Of a stretch of 64,000 nt of DNA, positions 1-14,352 are shown piece after piece. Numbering within the stretch: position 1 is the first letter of the stretch; every line of letters begins with the position of its first letter. A model generated the notes under the pieces. The model saw only the letters and a program-made list of their open reading frames with translations, ran no database searches and was not told the origin of the DNA. The DNA is from Chrysomallon squamiferum. Taxonomy: Eukaryota > Animalia > Mollusca. The stretch is from the NCBI GenBank assembly GCA_012295275.1, contig CM022670.1, positions 1,364,001-1,428,000 on the forward strand, written 5' to 3'. Both the position numbers and the translations under genes were made by a program.

Positions 1-3000
1 ATTTGGAAAATGTCTGTCACAATATGGATTCCTGATATCTCTGTCGTATCCGATCTCTAACCTCTCTCTTACACTATGAGTTGTTGACATCCTTCTTATA
101 CGTCCGAATTCTAAAATTTATCAAAGCCTGTGTTGTAATCTTTCTTTCATGTAGGCCTTACTTTAGTTTTTCAATATTAAGCACAGGAGATTATGGACTA
201 ATGTCATTTGAACATTGATTCTATAATTATTTCTGTCATCATTAATTGAAAAATATGCCGATAATGATAACTAAAATATCTCTTTTAGGAATTAATAAAT
301 AAAGTTCACTGAAATGCCGTCAAAAAGATCATTCATTCCTTTCCATATAATGACGATAATCGCCAATTCAAGCTGAGATGTCGTGTAACAACATATTTAT
401 TATTTATTTTCTAAACACTTTACAAGCACACCAGTGAACTTCCTAAAATTGCTCTGTACACCAGCAAGCCGATGGCTAAAGGGAAAATTCATGTTTCAAC
501 TTGTTTTCGTGGCGATTCTACCTTCGACTGAGGTTCAAGGCTTTCGTGTAATGACCCGCTGTTTCGCTAATTAATTCTACGTACGAGAATGAATACTTAG
601 ATGAAATAAAAACCGGGGAAGAAGCTGTATAAGGTTCGGGATATCTTCTCAAGGAGAGTTAACTTGTTTATTTTGCAATGTGATCAAAATAAAAGAAATT
701 TACTTATTATAATTACATATCAGAAGATTCATTTAATGTTTTTGTTAATCATTATTTGGTGAATCGTTTAGATTTCGACTCTCCATTTTTCGAATGAAGT
801 CGGGGTTTTCCATGTAGAATTTTTTAATTACGTTTTTTTGTTTAGGTTTAATGTGCAGTGTTACTACTGTTATCATGTTTTCTCAAATACGTATCGATAA
901 TAAAGATTATTAGATGTCAAACAGTTGAAACATAGCTATCAAACTCTTAATTTGTGATTGTCGTTATTTTTATGAGAGGTTTCTGGTCTATTAATCTAAA
1001 ATGTCAGTGAAAATATATATGTATGTGTGTATTTCTGTATGATGTTGTGTTTATTATTTGCTTTTAACGATCCCAAAAAAACAACATAATAATTATTTTT
1101 AAAAACAGAGAAACGATATACATATTAATTTTATTATATTTTAATGTGGAAAAATTATCATTACTTAAAAGTAGATAATTAATAAATACTATTATAAAAT
1201 CCTGGATTGAGCTCAAAACTAAAGATCACGCCATAAATAAAAAAATTAAAAAAATTAAAAATTTAAAATTAATCGAAATAATGACAGTATCATATCAGAT
1301 AATGTATATATTTTTATTTTAGATTTATTATTCCATTTTTGTTTCATTTTTCAATTTGTTTAATTCAAGTTCATAAACTGAGTAAGCCGCAGGTTATCGC
1401 GGACTTTCTACCAATGATTTTAGTCGCAGTGAAAATTACTTGTCTTTTCAGATTCACGGACGTAGTTTGACACTGAGATTCAAGTTAAGCTCGAGGCTCT
1501 GCATTGTTAGTTTTATGTATTGTAATGTGAACATTGAGTGAACGTTTTACTCAATCAATACGCTAAAAACCTGAAGCGTGTCCACTTTGCTTCTTCTCAT
1601 ATACATGGCTTAGAAAAATCCACATCATAATTTCCCTGTAATATTGCATGATCATAAAAATTGCAGCATTTCGCATTTTTATTTTAGCATCAGTGAGTAT
1701 TCATCATCAGGAAAAGGTGATTAGAATTTAGGTAACAGTGTCATGTTGTGATTTGTTGGCAAGGTTATAATTATTCTCTGGTGGCTGATAAAACAATTTC
1801 TGAATGAAATTCGATCAACTATAAATGGAGGAAGAAAAATAAAATTGTCCGGAACATTTGTGATAAAAACTGTATGGACCATAAGATACGGTTTTTATTA
1901 TTTGTAACCAGAACACGTACTCATTTAAATTCCATTATTTCCTTTTATATCCATCAGTAATTGGAGGAAACTTTAAACCCCCAAGCGCAAATGTAAACCG
2001 AAATTCACCAATTAAATATTCAAATAAACAACTACTATGTTAACATATTAAACAGACTGGAGTGCTTTGGTATGTTGGAGGAAATTACTATCAACAACTA
2101 AAGCAATAGAGATTTTTGTCTATTTAATGTTAATATTATTTTACATTATTCTAGAAAATCTTAAAGTGGACACTGAATTTATTTGTTCAATTCAATAGCA
2201 AAAATAAATTAACGTGGGAGATAAAACCAGAAGAACATCGTAACAGATGTTTTACCAGTCTCATTCTTGTGTTTCATTTAGGAGTCTTATTCTCATGTCT
2301 TTCTGACAAATCTTGTGATACAGTCAATTTGTTGATTCCTATCAACCTAACCAGCTTCACGTCTCCCTTTCAGAACAATTTGTCATATCCAAGCTTATAG
2401 ATTATTATCGCGTATAGATACCTGAGATCTCTTTCTTATGTCCTGTTTTAAGATCATTCCTTCACGTCCGAAATTTTAGATATCTCTATCATGTCCGCTT
2501 TGTTAGATATCTCTATCACGTCCGCTTTGTTAGATATCTCTATCATGTCCGCTTTGTTAGATATCTCTATCATTTCCGATGTAACGGGTCTCTCACAGGA
2601 TAGATTCGTGATATCTGTCTGTTACATAACACTTTCCAGATGTCTCTGGCATGTCTGAGACATGTCCGATGTTTTAGACTTCAATGAAGTCCGAGTTACG
2701 AAGAATTTCTCTCACGTCCGAGTTTTTAGATTTCAGTGACATCCGAGCTTTCGAGCACGTGTCTGAATTCTGAATCACGTCCGAGTTTTCAGGTCTTTCT
2801 TTCACCTGCAGGTTTTAAAGGTACGTCGTTTTCATATTCAATCCTGGAAGAATCTCTTTGATGTCCGACTTTTCATCTCTCAGTTTGATGTCCAACTTGA
2901 CGAATGGTTTTTGAGATATAGCTTTCACGTCCGGCTTATGATGTCTTTCTAATTCTGAAATATTTTCCCTATTTAAGAGCGTAGCAATTTTTCTTTCAAC

Positions 3001-6000
3001 TAGGCGTCATTGTCTGTATAAGATGTGCCTTTTTGGCTGGTGAAACAATTACTGATTTCTTCTAGTCTTTTCAAATTAAGCACTGCATCATGGACTAACG
3101 TGACTAGGATATTGGTTCTATCGTTATTTGCTATAATCATCATTAATCGAAAAATATGCCCTTCCTGATAACTAAACTATGTCTTTTAGGAATTAATATA
3201 TTTTGTTTATAAAAAAAAATTAATAATAATAATTCATTGAAATATCATTCAAAAGTTATTCATTGTTTTCTTCATAATGACCATTAAATGAAATCAAGCT
3301 GATGTGTCATTTAACAAAATATTTATTCATTATTTATTTTCTAAACAATTTTAACAAGCACACCAGTGAACTTCCTAAAATCGCTCTGTACACCAGCAAG
3401 CCGATGGCTAACGGGAAAATTCATGTTTCAACTTGTTTTCGTGGCGATTCTACCTTCGACTGAGGTTCAAGGCTTTTGTATAATGATCCGCTGTTTTGGT
3501 AATTAATTCTACGTACGAGAATGAATACTTAGATGAAATAAAACCGGGAAAGAAGCTGTATAAGGTTCGGGATATCTTCTCAAGGAGAGTTAACTTGTTT
3601 CTCAACATTTATTTTGCTGTGTGACCGAAATAAAAGAATTTTCATTTTTATAATTGCATATCAGAAAATACGTGTGGTGTTTGTGTTAATCATTATTTGC
3701 TGAATCTTTCAGCTTTCGGCTGAACGTTTTTCTAAGCAGGATTTTTTAATTACTTTTTTTTTTTTTTTTTTTTTTTTTAGTTTAACGTGGAAATTTAATA
3801 TTATTATTATGTCCACGATCATCTTTTATTACTGTTGTTGTTGTTGTTTTTTTCTCCCTTTCGCTAGGGAATTCGTCGATTATTTGTATTTATATCTTCA
3901 TTATTATTTTGTTTTGTTTATTATCAGTTTTACATTGTAAGAATTCAAAACTAGAACAATATATTTTTCGCTGTAGCAGAATAATAGAAATCATTTGCCT
4001 GCTATTCAGCTTTTAATTTTATTCTATATACGATTTTGCTGGATTATTTTTGCATATAGGGATCAAAACCAATGGTAAATGCTTACAATTCAAATATGCC
4101 TGGTCAGTAACGTAAATATTAGCTCTATTTTGAAATAAAAATTAAATAATGTTTGTTTTTAATATTGTGTTGTTGTTTTTTGGGAGGTTGGGGTTTTTGT
4201 TTGTTTTTGTTTTTGGTGGGGAATTTGTTTTGGGGGGTTGTGTTTTTTTGGGTGTGTTTTTAATATATATATATATAATACATCTTTATAATAAAAATTG
4301 TTACATGTCAAAATAATAGCTGCAAAACAGCAGTCAAAAGTTTAATTTGTGATCGTGGTCACTTGAGGTGTATGAATCTGAAATGTCATTGAAAAACACG
4401 TGTGTGTAGTTCTCTCTGTTATTGTATGTATTATTTGTCATTAACTGGATTAAATGAATTAAGGGAATAAAACAGATAAATGAAAAATATGTGCATGTGT
4501 GCATTTCTGTGTGTTGTTCAGTTATTTGCATTTAACGACCCGAGTAAAAGAATTAAAATAAAAAAACTGAAATAACGATATACATGTTAATTTTATTATA
4601 TTTTAATATGGAAAAATTATCATTAACTAAAACTAGATAATTAACAAAGAGTACTATTAAATCCTGAATGAAATTCAAAACCAAAAGTCCAGATGATAAA
4701 TAGTCGTTAATCGAAATTATGATAATATCAATTTATATAATGTATATTTTTCATTTTAGTTTTATTGTTAAATGTATGTATGTGCATGTGTGTGTGTGTA
4801 TATATATATATATCTTTATATATACTTTTTATTTTATTTAAAAAAAAAAATTCTTCAAATTCAAGTTCATAAACTGAGTAAGCCGCAGGTTATCGCGGAC
4901 TTTCTACCAATGATTTTAGTCGCAGTGAAAATTACTTGTCTTTTCAGATTCACGGACGTAGTTTGACACTGAGATTCAAGTTAAGCTCGAGGCTCTGCAT
5001 TGTTAGTTTTATGTATTGTAATGTGAACACTGAGTGAACGTTTTACTCAATCAATACGCTAAAACCCATTCTCACAGACTGGAGTACATGTCATTGACGT
5101 AAAACACAAAGAACACAAGTTCAGATCAAACAACACACGCTTGTCGTAAATGTACCACACTGGTACCGCTGTTTGAATAATCACAGTTTTCATTACTGAA
5201 TTTATTATGTAAATACTGAAAACGCCCGGCGAATATTGAGAAAATAAAGAGTTATTTTTGTTGCTTATATACGGTTAAAAAAACACACACACAAATTTGG
5301 GTTAAAAAAAAAATTGAAAATGGATTTATCAATATTAAGTTATCACAAAACGTTAATGCCTGAATCGTGTTTGAATTATCAGGGGTTATTGTGAGATTAT
5401 TAATCTTTCCCAACATACTGCATTTTAGAATCTTTGTACTTTCAAAACTTGGACAGACAGTTACATGGATACTAAACAGACATTCTAAACAAAGTCGATT
5501 CGTTTTATGATGAACAAAACATCGCTTTGTAGCTAGGATGTTAGACTGCAAGGATAAGTCGCAGTATTAATCCTGTTCACTCGATCCCGTTCTAGACAAC
5601 CTCCCTTAACTTATTTACCAAAGACTCTTGTATCTGCATTTATGTCTGTATCAAAAAACATTTTAAAACAAGCCTTGCTGATAACGGTTGTCCTCTGAGT
5701 ACCATTTGTGGATTTCATCTCAAATTTCATCATTAAAATCTAAACCTATTAATATTAATATTAAACTGTATTATAGGTTGAATATTATAATAGCTGTGTT
5801 TTAATGCAAAATTCATCTGGTTATATTAAGTTTAGAAAGTTAAAAAGAATATATGTATAAAATTTATGTAAAGGAAAAACTAATTCTACAGAAGGTGTAT
5901 CAGTCGGGAGGTGTGATTTTGCCACACAACTCGGAAATAAAATTAAAATGCACGTTAAATACCGAACTGCGTCCATTGTGCTTTTTCTCACACACATGGC

Positions 6001-6530
6001 TTCGAAAAATTCTCCATATACGTTTTCTGTAATATTGCATGATTATAAAAATTGCAGTATTTCACATTTTTATTTCAGCTTAAATGAATATTCATCAGGA
6101 AATAATGATTAAAATGTTGTAACAATGCATATCAAGTCAAGTGGTGTTTCGATGACAGAATTATAAAATGAAATTCGATTACAAATAGATGGAGGGTGAA
6201 AAATAAAACTGTCTGAAACATTTGTGAGTGAAATTGTACGGACCTTAAAACATACAGATTTTTTATTATTATTTGTAATCAAACCACGTACTCATTTAAA
6301 TTTCATTATTTCCTTTTATATCCATCAGTAACTGAAGAAAACTAAAAGCCCCAAGCACGAATGTAAATCGAAATTCACCAGATCAGTCGGTTTGAATGTA
6401 AGTTAAATATTCAAATAACCCGTTATGTTTATACATTAAGCAGACTGCAGAGCTTTAGTACGTTGGAGGAAATTACTGTCAACAACAAAAGTAATAAAGA
6501 TTTTTTATTTTATTTTAGAACATTTTTAAA
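1..6530. repeat. Diverged tandem segmental duplication (copy A ~1-2160, copy B ~2400-6530 with extra sequence at ~3810-4270 and ~5065-5960)
   Basis: Collinear homology: ~170-300 vs ~3067-3200, 422-669 vs 3354-3600, ~1020-1330 vs ~4490-4765, 1362-1568 vs 4858-5064, and ~1580-2120 vs ~5970-6510. Confidence 0.93.
2477..2578. repeat. 27-bp minisatellite (TAGATATCTCTATCAYGTCCGCTTTGT x ~4) within a degenerate array at ~2400-2950
   Basis: Units start at 2477, 2504, 2531 and 2558. Degenerate ...CACGTCCGA... units flank it and also occur at 1-120. Confidence 0.9.
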
Positions 6531-8179
6531 GTACAAGTTAAATTTACTGGTTTACTTTGTAAACGTCAAAATAGCCATAAAAATTGATGAAATATATTAA
6601 TTATGTACGAAACTAAGTTTTATCGACTCCATTGTTTCCACAATTGAAGACTTAACAGCCGGTACACATTACCAGATACGCACATTAGAAAAATCACAAT
6701 CACCAGACAGAATCTACGTTAATCTTGTAAAACACACCAGAAAAACATATTTTGTAATCCTAGCATCTACAGTTTTTTTCTCTATGGCTTCTTATTTTAT
6801 TTTAATTTTATTTATTATTTATTTTTGTTTTCTGACCCTTCGAGAGAAAATATTGCGCATATACATTAAAGAATGCATTTATGCAAAAATTATGAAAATG
6901 AAAAAACATCGCATTAAACACAACATACAAAAAAAAAAATCAATTTGTGTTATGCATTTTATACTGTAATAATAAAAATTATAATCTTGTTCCTGGTTTC
7001 ATATGTTCAGTATGACTACTCTCATTAATAATTCATAATTAATATCATTAATCATATCATTTCCTTCTGGTTTTATTACAAAACGTTAATATAACCAACT
7101 TATAGCGAAAATTATATGTATTATTAATAATAATAACAATAATAATAATACTGTTGTTTTTATTATTAGTCTGCAAAATATAACTGAACTTTACGTGTAG
7201 GGTGCACAACAATGGGTTTAAATATGTTAGCAAAATTTATTTTTGTTAAACTGGCTTGTCAACAGAAACCTGCTGAATAAACATGTACGTTTACAGTTCT
7301 AACAGGACTGACAGACTCACGTGACAGGTCTGGAAGGGAAAGTTCGAGAGAAGTATAATGGCTGCATGCATCTTCAGTGAAAGCTTTGTGAGAGAGACTA
7401 CAAGGCACCGATCCCATACCTACATATTTTCAGTCAGAGACTTAACCCATGGACAGTTAATCTTGGATACACAGTTGTGGCGAAATCAGTAGCTGATTCG
7501 TATCTGAACATTTCTTTTATGATAAGTTAGCCGCACCGTCTTCATTTCACTAATTGAAATGTTAGACTAAAACTGTAGCAGTCTATTCGGTTACTAACCA
7601 CGCACATTCAGTTGTTATGGTTTACATGAATCCTTTGGACTTAACGTAAAGCCTAAATAACTGAAGCCTATTCAGCGATAAGATCTCTGAATCCAATAGA
7701 AAACCAAGCATACATAACAACATGTCCATAATACCCCAGAACAGAAATCATCTGCCGTTTTGTCCTAAATTTGGGCGGGTAGGGTTCTAATCACGTATTA
7801 CCACACTTCATATGTTCTTAGAGCTATAAACGGAATTAGATAATTCCCAAGTCATATATGTTCTGTGTAAAACAGAAAGCCTATGGTTTTTTTTTGGTTT
7901 TTTTTAATGCCCTCGGGAAATGACCAACTGTTTGTTTTTTAATAATTCAATTATCTAAACTACTTTCAGATAAATAGTTACTTCATTAAAAACGTTTCAA
8001 TAACTACGTAAATAATCAGTATTCACAGTACTTCGTTCTCGTATCAGAGATCGCGGTTAGGTCAAACTGTATTTGAATTGACTACTAAAGTCCCCGTTTT
8101 CTTGTGTGTGTTTTTGTTTTTTTAAATTAGTGTTTTATAAATAAGAATATTTATAAAAGCCTATCTATCAAACATTAAT

Positions 8180-8610
8180 AATATTAATGTTAAAGTAGTG
8201 ATGGTAGTTAAACTGGTGAAATTAACACAGCTAAATTATTGCTAACATTCGCAGGTAAAATGTCGATGGTAACAGACTTAAATTGTTTAAAGTAACAGTT
8301 AAACTAATGTTTAATTAATAATGTTAAAAGTTACAGTTAAAATATTAACTCGTTTTAATTGCTAAAAGCAGCGCAGTAAAATTACTGAAAGGATCAATAT
8401 TAAATTATTTAACAATGTTGAAACCTACAGCTAATGTACTATTGGAAGGTAAGTTACAGACGGTAACACTTTAGTTAATTTGTTAGTGCTGATATATACT
8501 GCTCTGGTATTGATGATAACACTTATAATTATATTATCGATAATGACATTCACAATTTAATTAGAGATATTGACTGTAACGCGTACTGTTTAATTATTGA
8601 TGACAAGACA
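8180..8610. repeat. Highly degenerate short-period tandem repeat (AATTATTGA..GTAACAGTTAA-like)
   Basis: Recurrent taacag/ttaaatt/attattg words at roughly 20-25 bp spacing. Confidence 0.45.
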
Positions 8611-9770
8611 CGTGAACTGCGGCTGGCTGTACTCGTGTTTTTTAAACACGTGTTCTTTTACCATTTGAACGAAGTTAATTAAATTACTATTAATTAATTA
8701 ATTTTTATGGCTGTTATGTATCAATCGCGTATCTTTATTTAACAGTATCAAAGAGGAAACCCGCTGAAGCCACTGGATGGGCAATTCCTGCTAATTAGCA
8801 ACAAGGTGACCTTACCATGAACAGAAACGAATTTAGCAAGGAATGAATACAAAATCTCGTAATATGTTACTCGTTACATACTAAACTGCGATATTACTTA
8901 TTGTTTAAAAGCTTGTATTAGTTGTGTTAATACGTATTAGATGACAAATAGCTGAAACCACAAATAACGGTTATCAAAATAATGATGTTGAATTAAATTT
9001 TCATTTCGTCTCTCGTATGGGATAAAAACTAATATAATTTATTTATTTCCTTAGGATTCATAATTATGTCTTAATAAAAATTATGCAAAACAAGATCAAG
9101 ATAAATTACAATTCACATAAACTCAAGAAAATTTTATCATACACATAACAGAGATGTCATTACGTTGCTTAGTCTGCAAATAATTTTTTTTTTTTTTTTG
9201 TTAATGTATATGTTCTGCAATAAACTGGCCCTAACCTATTAATAATCATAACGATTTAACGATTGTGTTCGTATCTTAAGCATTTTCTACTAGTTTAAAT
9301 GTAAGAGTGACACCTAATGACAGTTATTAATAAAATGACTTGAAATGTTAAACACTTATACATTCATTTATTCCAACCGTTGTTTACATACTGTTATATC
9401 TACTTTTTGCATAGCCTATTACACTGAATTTTAATTTATTACTATAATCATATATTTACTTTCGTTTGACACCCAATAAACGAAATAGTTTTGTACCGAA
9501 GTTAAACACTGACTGATTTAATTCCGCTGTTACATTTATATCAAATCTGAATGTTTTATTATTATTTCAGTACATATATTAATTTATACATACATACAGA
9601 GGTATAAAGGTATATATATTAATAAGTACATACAAACACACATATATGTAAACATATACACATAGACACACATACACACACATAAATACATACATATATA
9701 TATGGAAAGGTACATAAGTACAAAGGTGTAGACATGAATAAGAACAGTGTACAAGTGTGTGTCTCTTTTT

Positions 9771-9814
<44 letters not shown>

Positions 9815-10426
9815 TCTCTGATCATAAAATGAAATACCACGATTATTTATTTCGCGCATACACGTTTATGTATATCATAGTGCGAGCTTGTCAGTTCTCA
9901 TACGATAATAGTAACAAAGAATGCTGGTTCATACAAATCCCACTGAAACGATGCAATGTCCGTGATGGTATTTCGTTATACTGCCTGCTTACCAAATAAA
10001 GTAGTTCCCAGTACGCGTGTATGTGACAGGTCCAAATGAACATATAACAGATAAAGTGTTAGATGAATAAAATATTACACGATCGATTTGCTTCCGTCAG
10101 AATTCTTGTTTCAGACATTATTTTAATCTGATGTAGGAAACGATAAGGTTTCTGTGATTCGTTAAAGAACGAAAATAGCAGCAAGGCTGTAATTTAGCAC
10201 TCGTTGAAAAACAGAGGCGTAACGTATTTCTTCCTGTTAATAAAACTGGAAATATCTTTCACCCTTTCTTACAGCTGTATTTTTGTGTAGCCTTTTATAT
10301 CTTATTCATTATATTAATGTCTTAATGATAAATTTTTATACGTCGTACGAACAAATGGTGCAAATTAATTTCAGAATTTTCAGTAGTGTTTCCTTTCTCT
10401 TGTCATTAAATTCTAGTTAAAATTAA

Positions 10427-10457
<31 letters not shown>

Positions 10458-11180
10458 TTAAAATGCAAGTGATAACTACAGTTTTAAGTCCATTAAAAAA
10501 AGGGGGCGTATCCAGAAACCAGAAAAAGACAGATATTATCATTGCGATAAATACAACTTTCCAGATGAAATGAATTTGTGTTAACCAGCCGAACAAACTG
10601 GTTGTCGTGTAATTGCCGTTGTTTTTAATGTATCGGCGGTCGGGTTTTATTTGATGGTTTACATCCAGCACGTGTAGGTGGAAGAACAAAGACTTGGTGA
10701 AGAGATGAAGGGAACCGTACGACATGTTAGCAGCATCACGACAATGTATCTTGTGCAGTACGTGACAAACGCGGCCATTTAGAAATTAAAGTTTAATTTA
10801 CAAATTCACAAACAGCATGAGATAAAAACCAGGAAACAGAGGATTTGTTTTATCGTTGTGTATTTTGTTAAAAAAATTACTCAATTTTTACTAAGGCGTG
10901 ATAATATAATAATTTTAATATGTTTAGGTATTTTAAGAATTTTTTTTTTTCATTTTTTTTTTTTTTTTAAAACATCTGTAGTGAAAAGAACGAAGAAACG
11001 AACACGCGAACAAGTGAACGAACGAATTAATGAAGGAATGAATGGACATAAGTAATTCATTTCAGCACACTACGGCATGTCAAACAAAAATATGTAAATT
11101 AATGAACTGTTGATAAATACCAGAAATTAAATTAAAAACCATATATTAGTTATAACAGAATTTAATACACATTTCAATTT

Positions 11181-11211
<31 letters not shown>

Positions 11212-12813
11212 CCCCCTTCATTTGATAACGTTGTTTCTTATTTTATAATTCATTTGTTTTATTGTAATTATTATCATTTTTGTTTATGAAACGAAATAAA
11301 TTCCCAGACTCTTGTATTTCTGGAACCGATCTTGAGTCAGTCGACCGTTTGCTGTATGATTCGGCGAATTCGAAGATTACGAGATCAAGTTACAAATTTG
11401 AAGGTTTTATTTTGAACAAGAATAATTTGCTGATTCTCAGTTTCTCGATGTAATTGGATTTCTTCCTAATGATGACCGTATCAACGACAAGAATAAATTG
11501 CATTCCATAATGACTAAGACGTTATATAATACATCTTGCATTAGCTGCATCCTGACTGAAGATGTTGTACGTCTCACAAAGACAAATCGATCACAGACAT
11601 GTGTCGAATGAAATTAGTAAATGAAACGTGACAGGATAAACAACACTGGAACGTCTGAACGCAAGAAGATTAAATGATAGTCCTAGAATAATCGATGGAT
11701 GGACGGAAGTATGGAGCTAAGTGTATATCTGTATGCAAACACGCAGACATAAACACACACACATCACAAGCAAATGTATATACATACACATAAATATCTA
11801 CGTACTACACACACACACATTACACACAAACGTACATACACATATAGATTCAAAGTGCAAAAATACATGTACAAACACAATAACACATACAGACATACAT
11901 AATAGATACCTACTTATTACATAGATGCATGTAAGTGATACAAATGTTATAATTTATATTAATTTCGACTTTTTCAATAATGCCTTGAAAAGTAACGAAA
12001 ACAATTATTTTAAGTGAAAAATCTTTCTATTGTCTGGAGGTTACAACGAAACACATATATTTAAAAAACCCACCTATTACGTCCGAAATTGATATGTCAT
12101 TAAAAACACAATGCAATATACCAGATACATGTATAATTGTATTTAATATATTCCTAGAAAAGACATAAACTCTTTTAATTTAATATATTCCTGAAAAATC
12201 ACTATTTTATTCAATGTGTTGCTAGGGAAGTCTTGTACTATATTACATAATAATCGTGTTATCTATACACTATTTTATTTAATATATTCATATATCTAAC
12301 TTCAACAGGTTTGCGAATTTCAAAAGATTTATTTCTGGAAATACATCGTCTGTATTAAATGTTAAATTTGCTTTGAGTTGCAATTAATGGGTGAAGCCCA
12401 AATATCTGGAAAAAGGTTTCGATTTATGAATCTGTTGCTAATCTCAACCGAAGCTTGACATAATTTTAATTACAAGAGTTCCGTCTCAGTTTGACGGTAT
12501 TTCAGGAATTTTGATACACGTTCATTTCTGACGAATTGGTTTCGTCTGACGAGATAGATTCATTTCGTTTCGGTTCCATTCCGATACTTATTATTAAAAA
12601 CTCAGTTACGCATGCGCTTCAAAGAGCATGTACACTGGAGCTGCACAAAATAACGTGATATTCTAACAACAACTACTGAAGAATTAAGCATTTTCAGTGA
12701 ATCATTGTTCTGGAAAAAATTTAAATTGCAAATAAAAAGAGAATTTTGTGACAGTGTCTCAATTTCGTTTATCGAAACTGATTTTTACATTTACGAAATA
12801 GTTGACATTCAAA

Positions 12814-12915
<102 letters not shown>

Positions 12916-13342
12916 TCTATCACTTTCTATCTCCAGACTACTTCGAACTTAAGGCTTTAGCAGGCTCTGTCTGTCTTTAAAAAAAAGTGACAAAACCAGT
13001 TTGATGATGTTTATTAATCATGTGTTATTAGCCACATACGTTCAAAACGCAGTATGACGAATGTCACAGATAAGAAAGTGTGCATGTAAACTGTGAGGTC
13101 AAAAAGTGCAGAACATTTGATTAGCACGGAATTAGACACGTCTGCCGTAAACAGGAAAAGTGTTAATTAAGGATCAGGTGTTTATTGTGGAAATAGATTA
13201 ACCCCAAAAACAGCAGCAAATCAGCATGAAGTTATCTGCAAATATTTTATTCTTTTATTTTTGTGGGGGGTTGTATGCCTGTTTTTACTAACTTTATGCT
13301 TTAGAATGCATCGATCTTTATTCTAATATTGTCTATTTGTTT

Positions 13343-13436
<94 letters not shown>

Positions 13437-13544
13437 TGGTTTTATATTAGTTTATTAATTTCGCTGCTACTAAACATCAATATATGAATATACATAAGCA
13501 TACAGACAAACAATATTATAGACAGCCACATAGAGAGAAAGAGA

Positions 13545-13613
<69 letters not shown>

Positions 13614-14313
13614 ACATAAATTTCATACTTTTGCTGTTTGTTGTTTTATATCCATTATCAAATACGAGAAACTTTTCTTCTGTCATTTTTTTTTTTTTTT
13701 TTTTTTTGTACTTGTTGTTTTACAACTAATAGAGGCTTCCAGTAATGTTGTGGGTCTGCAGAGAGCAAAGTACAATAAATTTATTTTCTCCATCATGATC
13801 AGTCGATTGAAATGCTGCTTTCGATAATGGTCTGGATAGGATCTTTATTTGCCGCACTTTACTACATTTCATCAGATCTAAAATTCAGGTTAGCAAACAT
13901 AGGTTCCGGTTTTCTCTCGGTCATTCTGGCGACTAAACTGTTTATCATGTCGTTTGGAAGTTTATAGCACGACATTTGCAATTCGGTGTTGTATGGTTAA
14001 GGAATTTGCATATTCATATAATGATTAAAGGAAATAAAAATGTGCGTTTTCTCCTCAGTTTACACAAAAGTGTCTTCACCAAGCTGAATTACTCTTGAAG
14101 ATTATAAACACTGTACTCCACGTAATTAAATTACACAAGTGCTGATTAACTGAAAATTAAAATGTAATTTGTTGTTTGCGAGGTGTTCATGTGCGCATGC
14201 TGTTGTTGCTGTTGTTTTAGGTGAAACTTTTCTGAAGAGTTTAATTCTTCTTCCTTTCTTTCTTTATTTTTTCATTTATTTTTTCTTTATTTCTTTTAAT
14301 TTTTTTTCTTTTT

Positions 14314-14352
<39 letters not shown>

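Noticed and set aside
1365-1566. Helitron reading of the conserved island (5' TC, 3' hairpin then CTAA)
   Set aside because: The hairpin is AT-rich and there is no A|T target site. Both copies sit at homologous positions, so an insertion would not explain the excess identity.
2477-2578. 27-bp repeats as a CRISPR-like array
   Set aside because: The units are contiguous with no spacers, in a eukaryotic context; this is an ordinary minisatellite.
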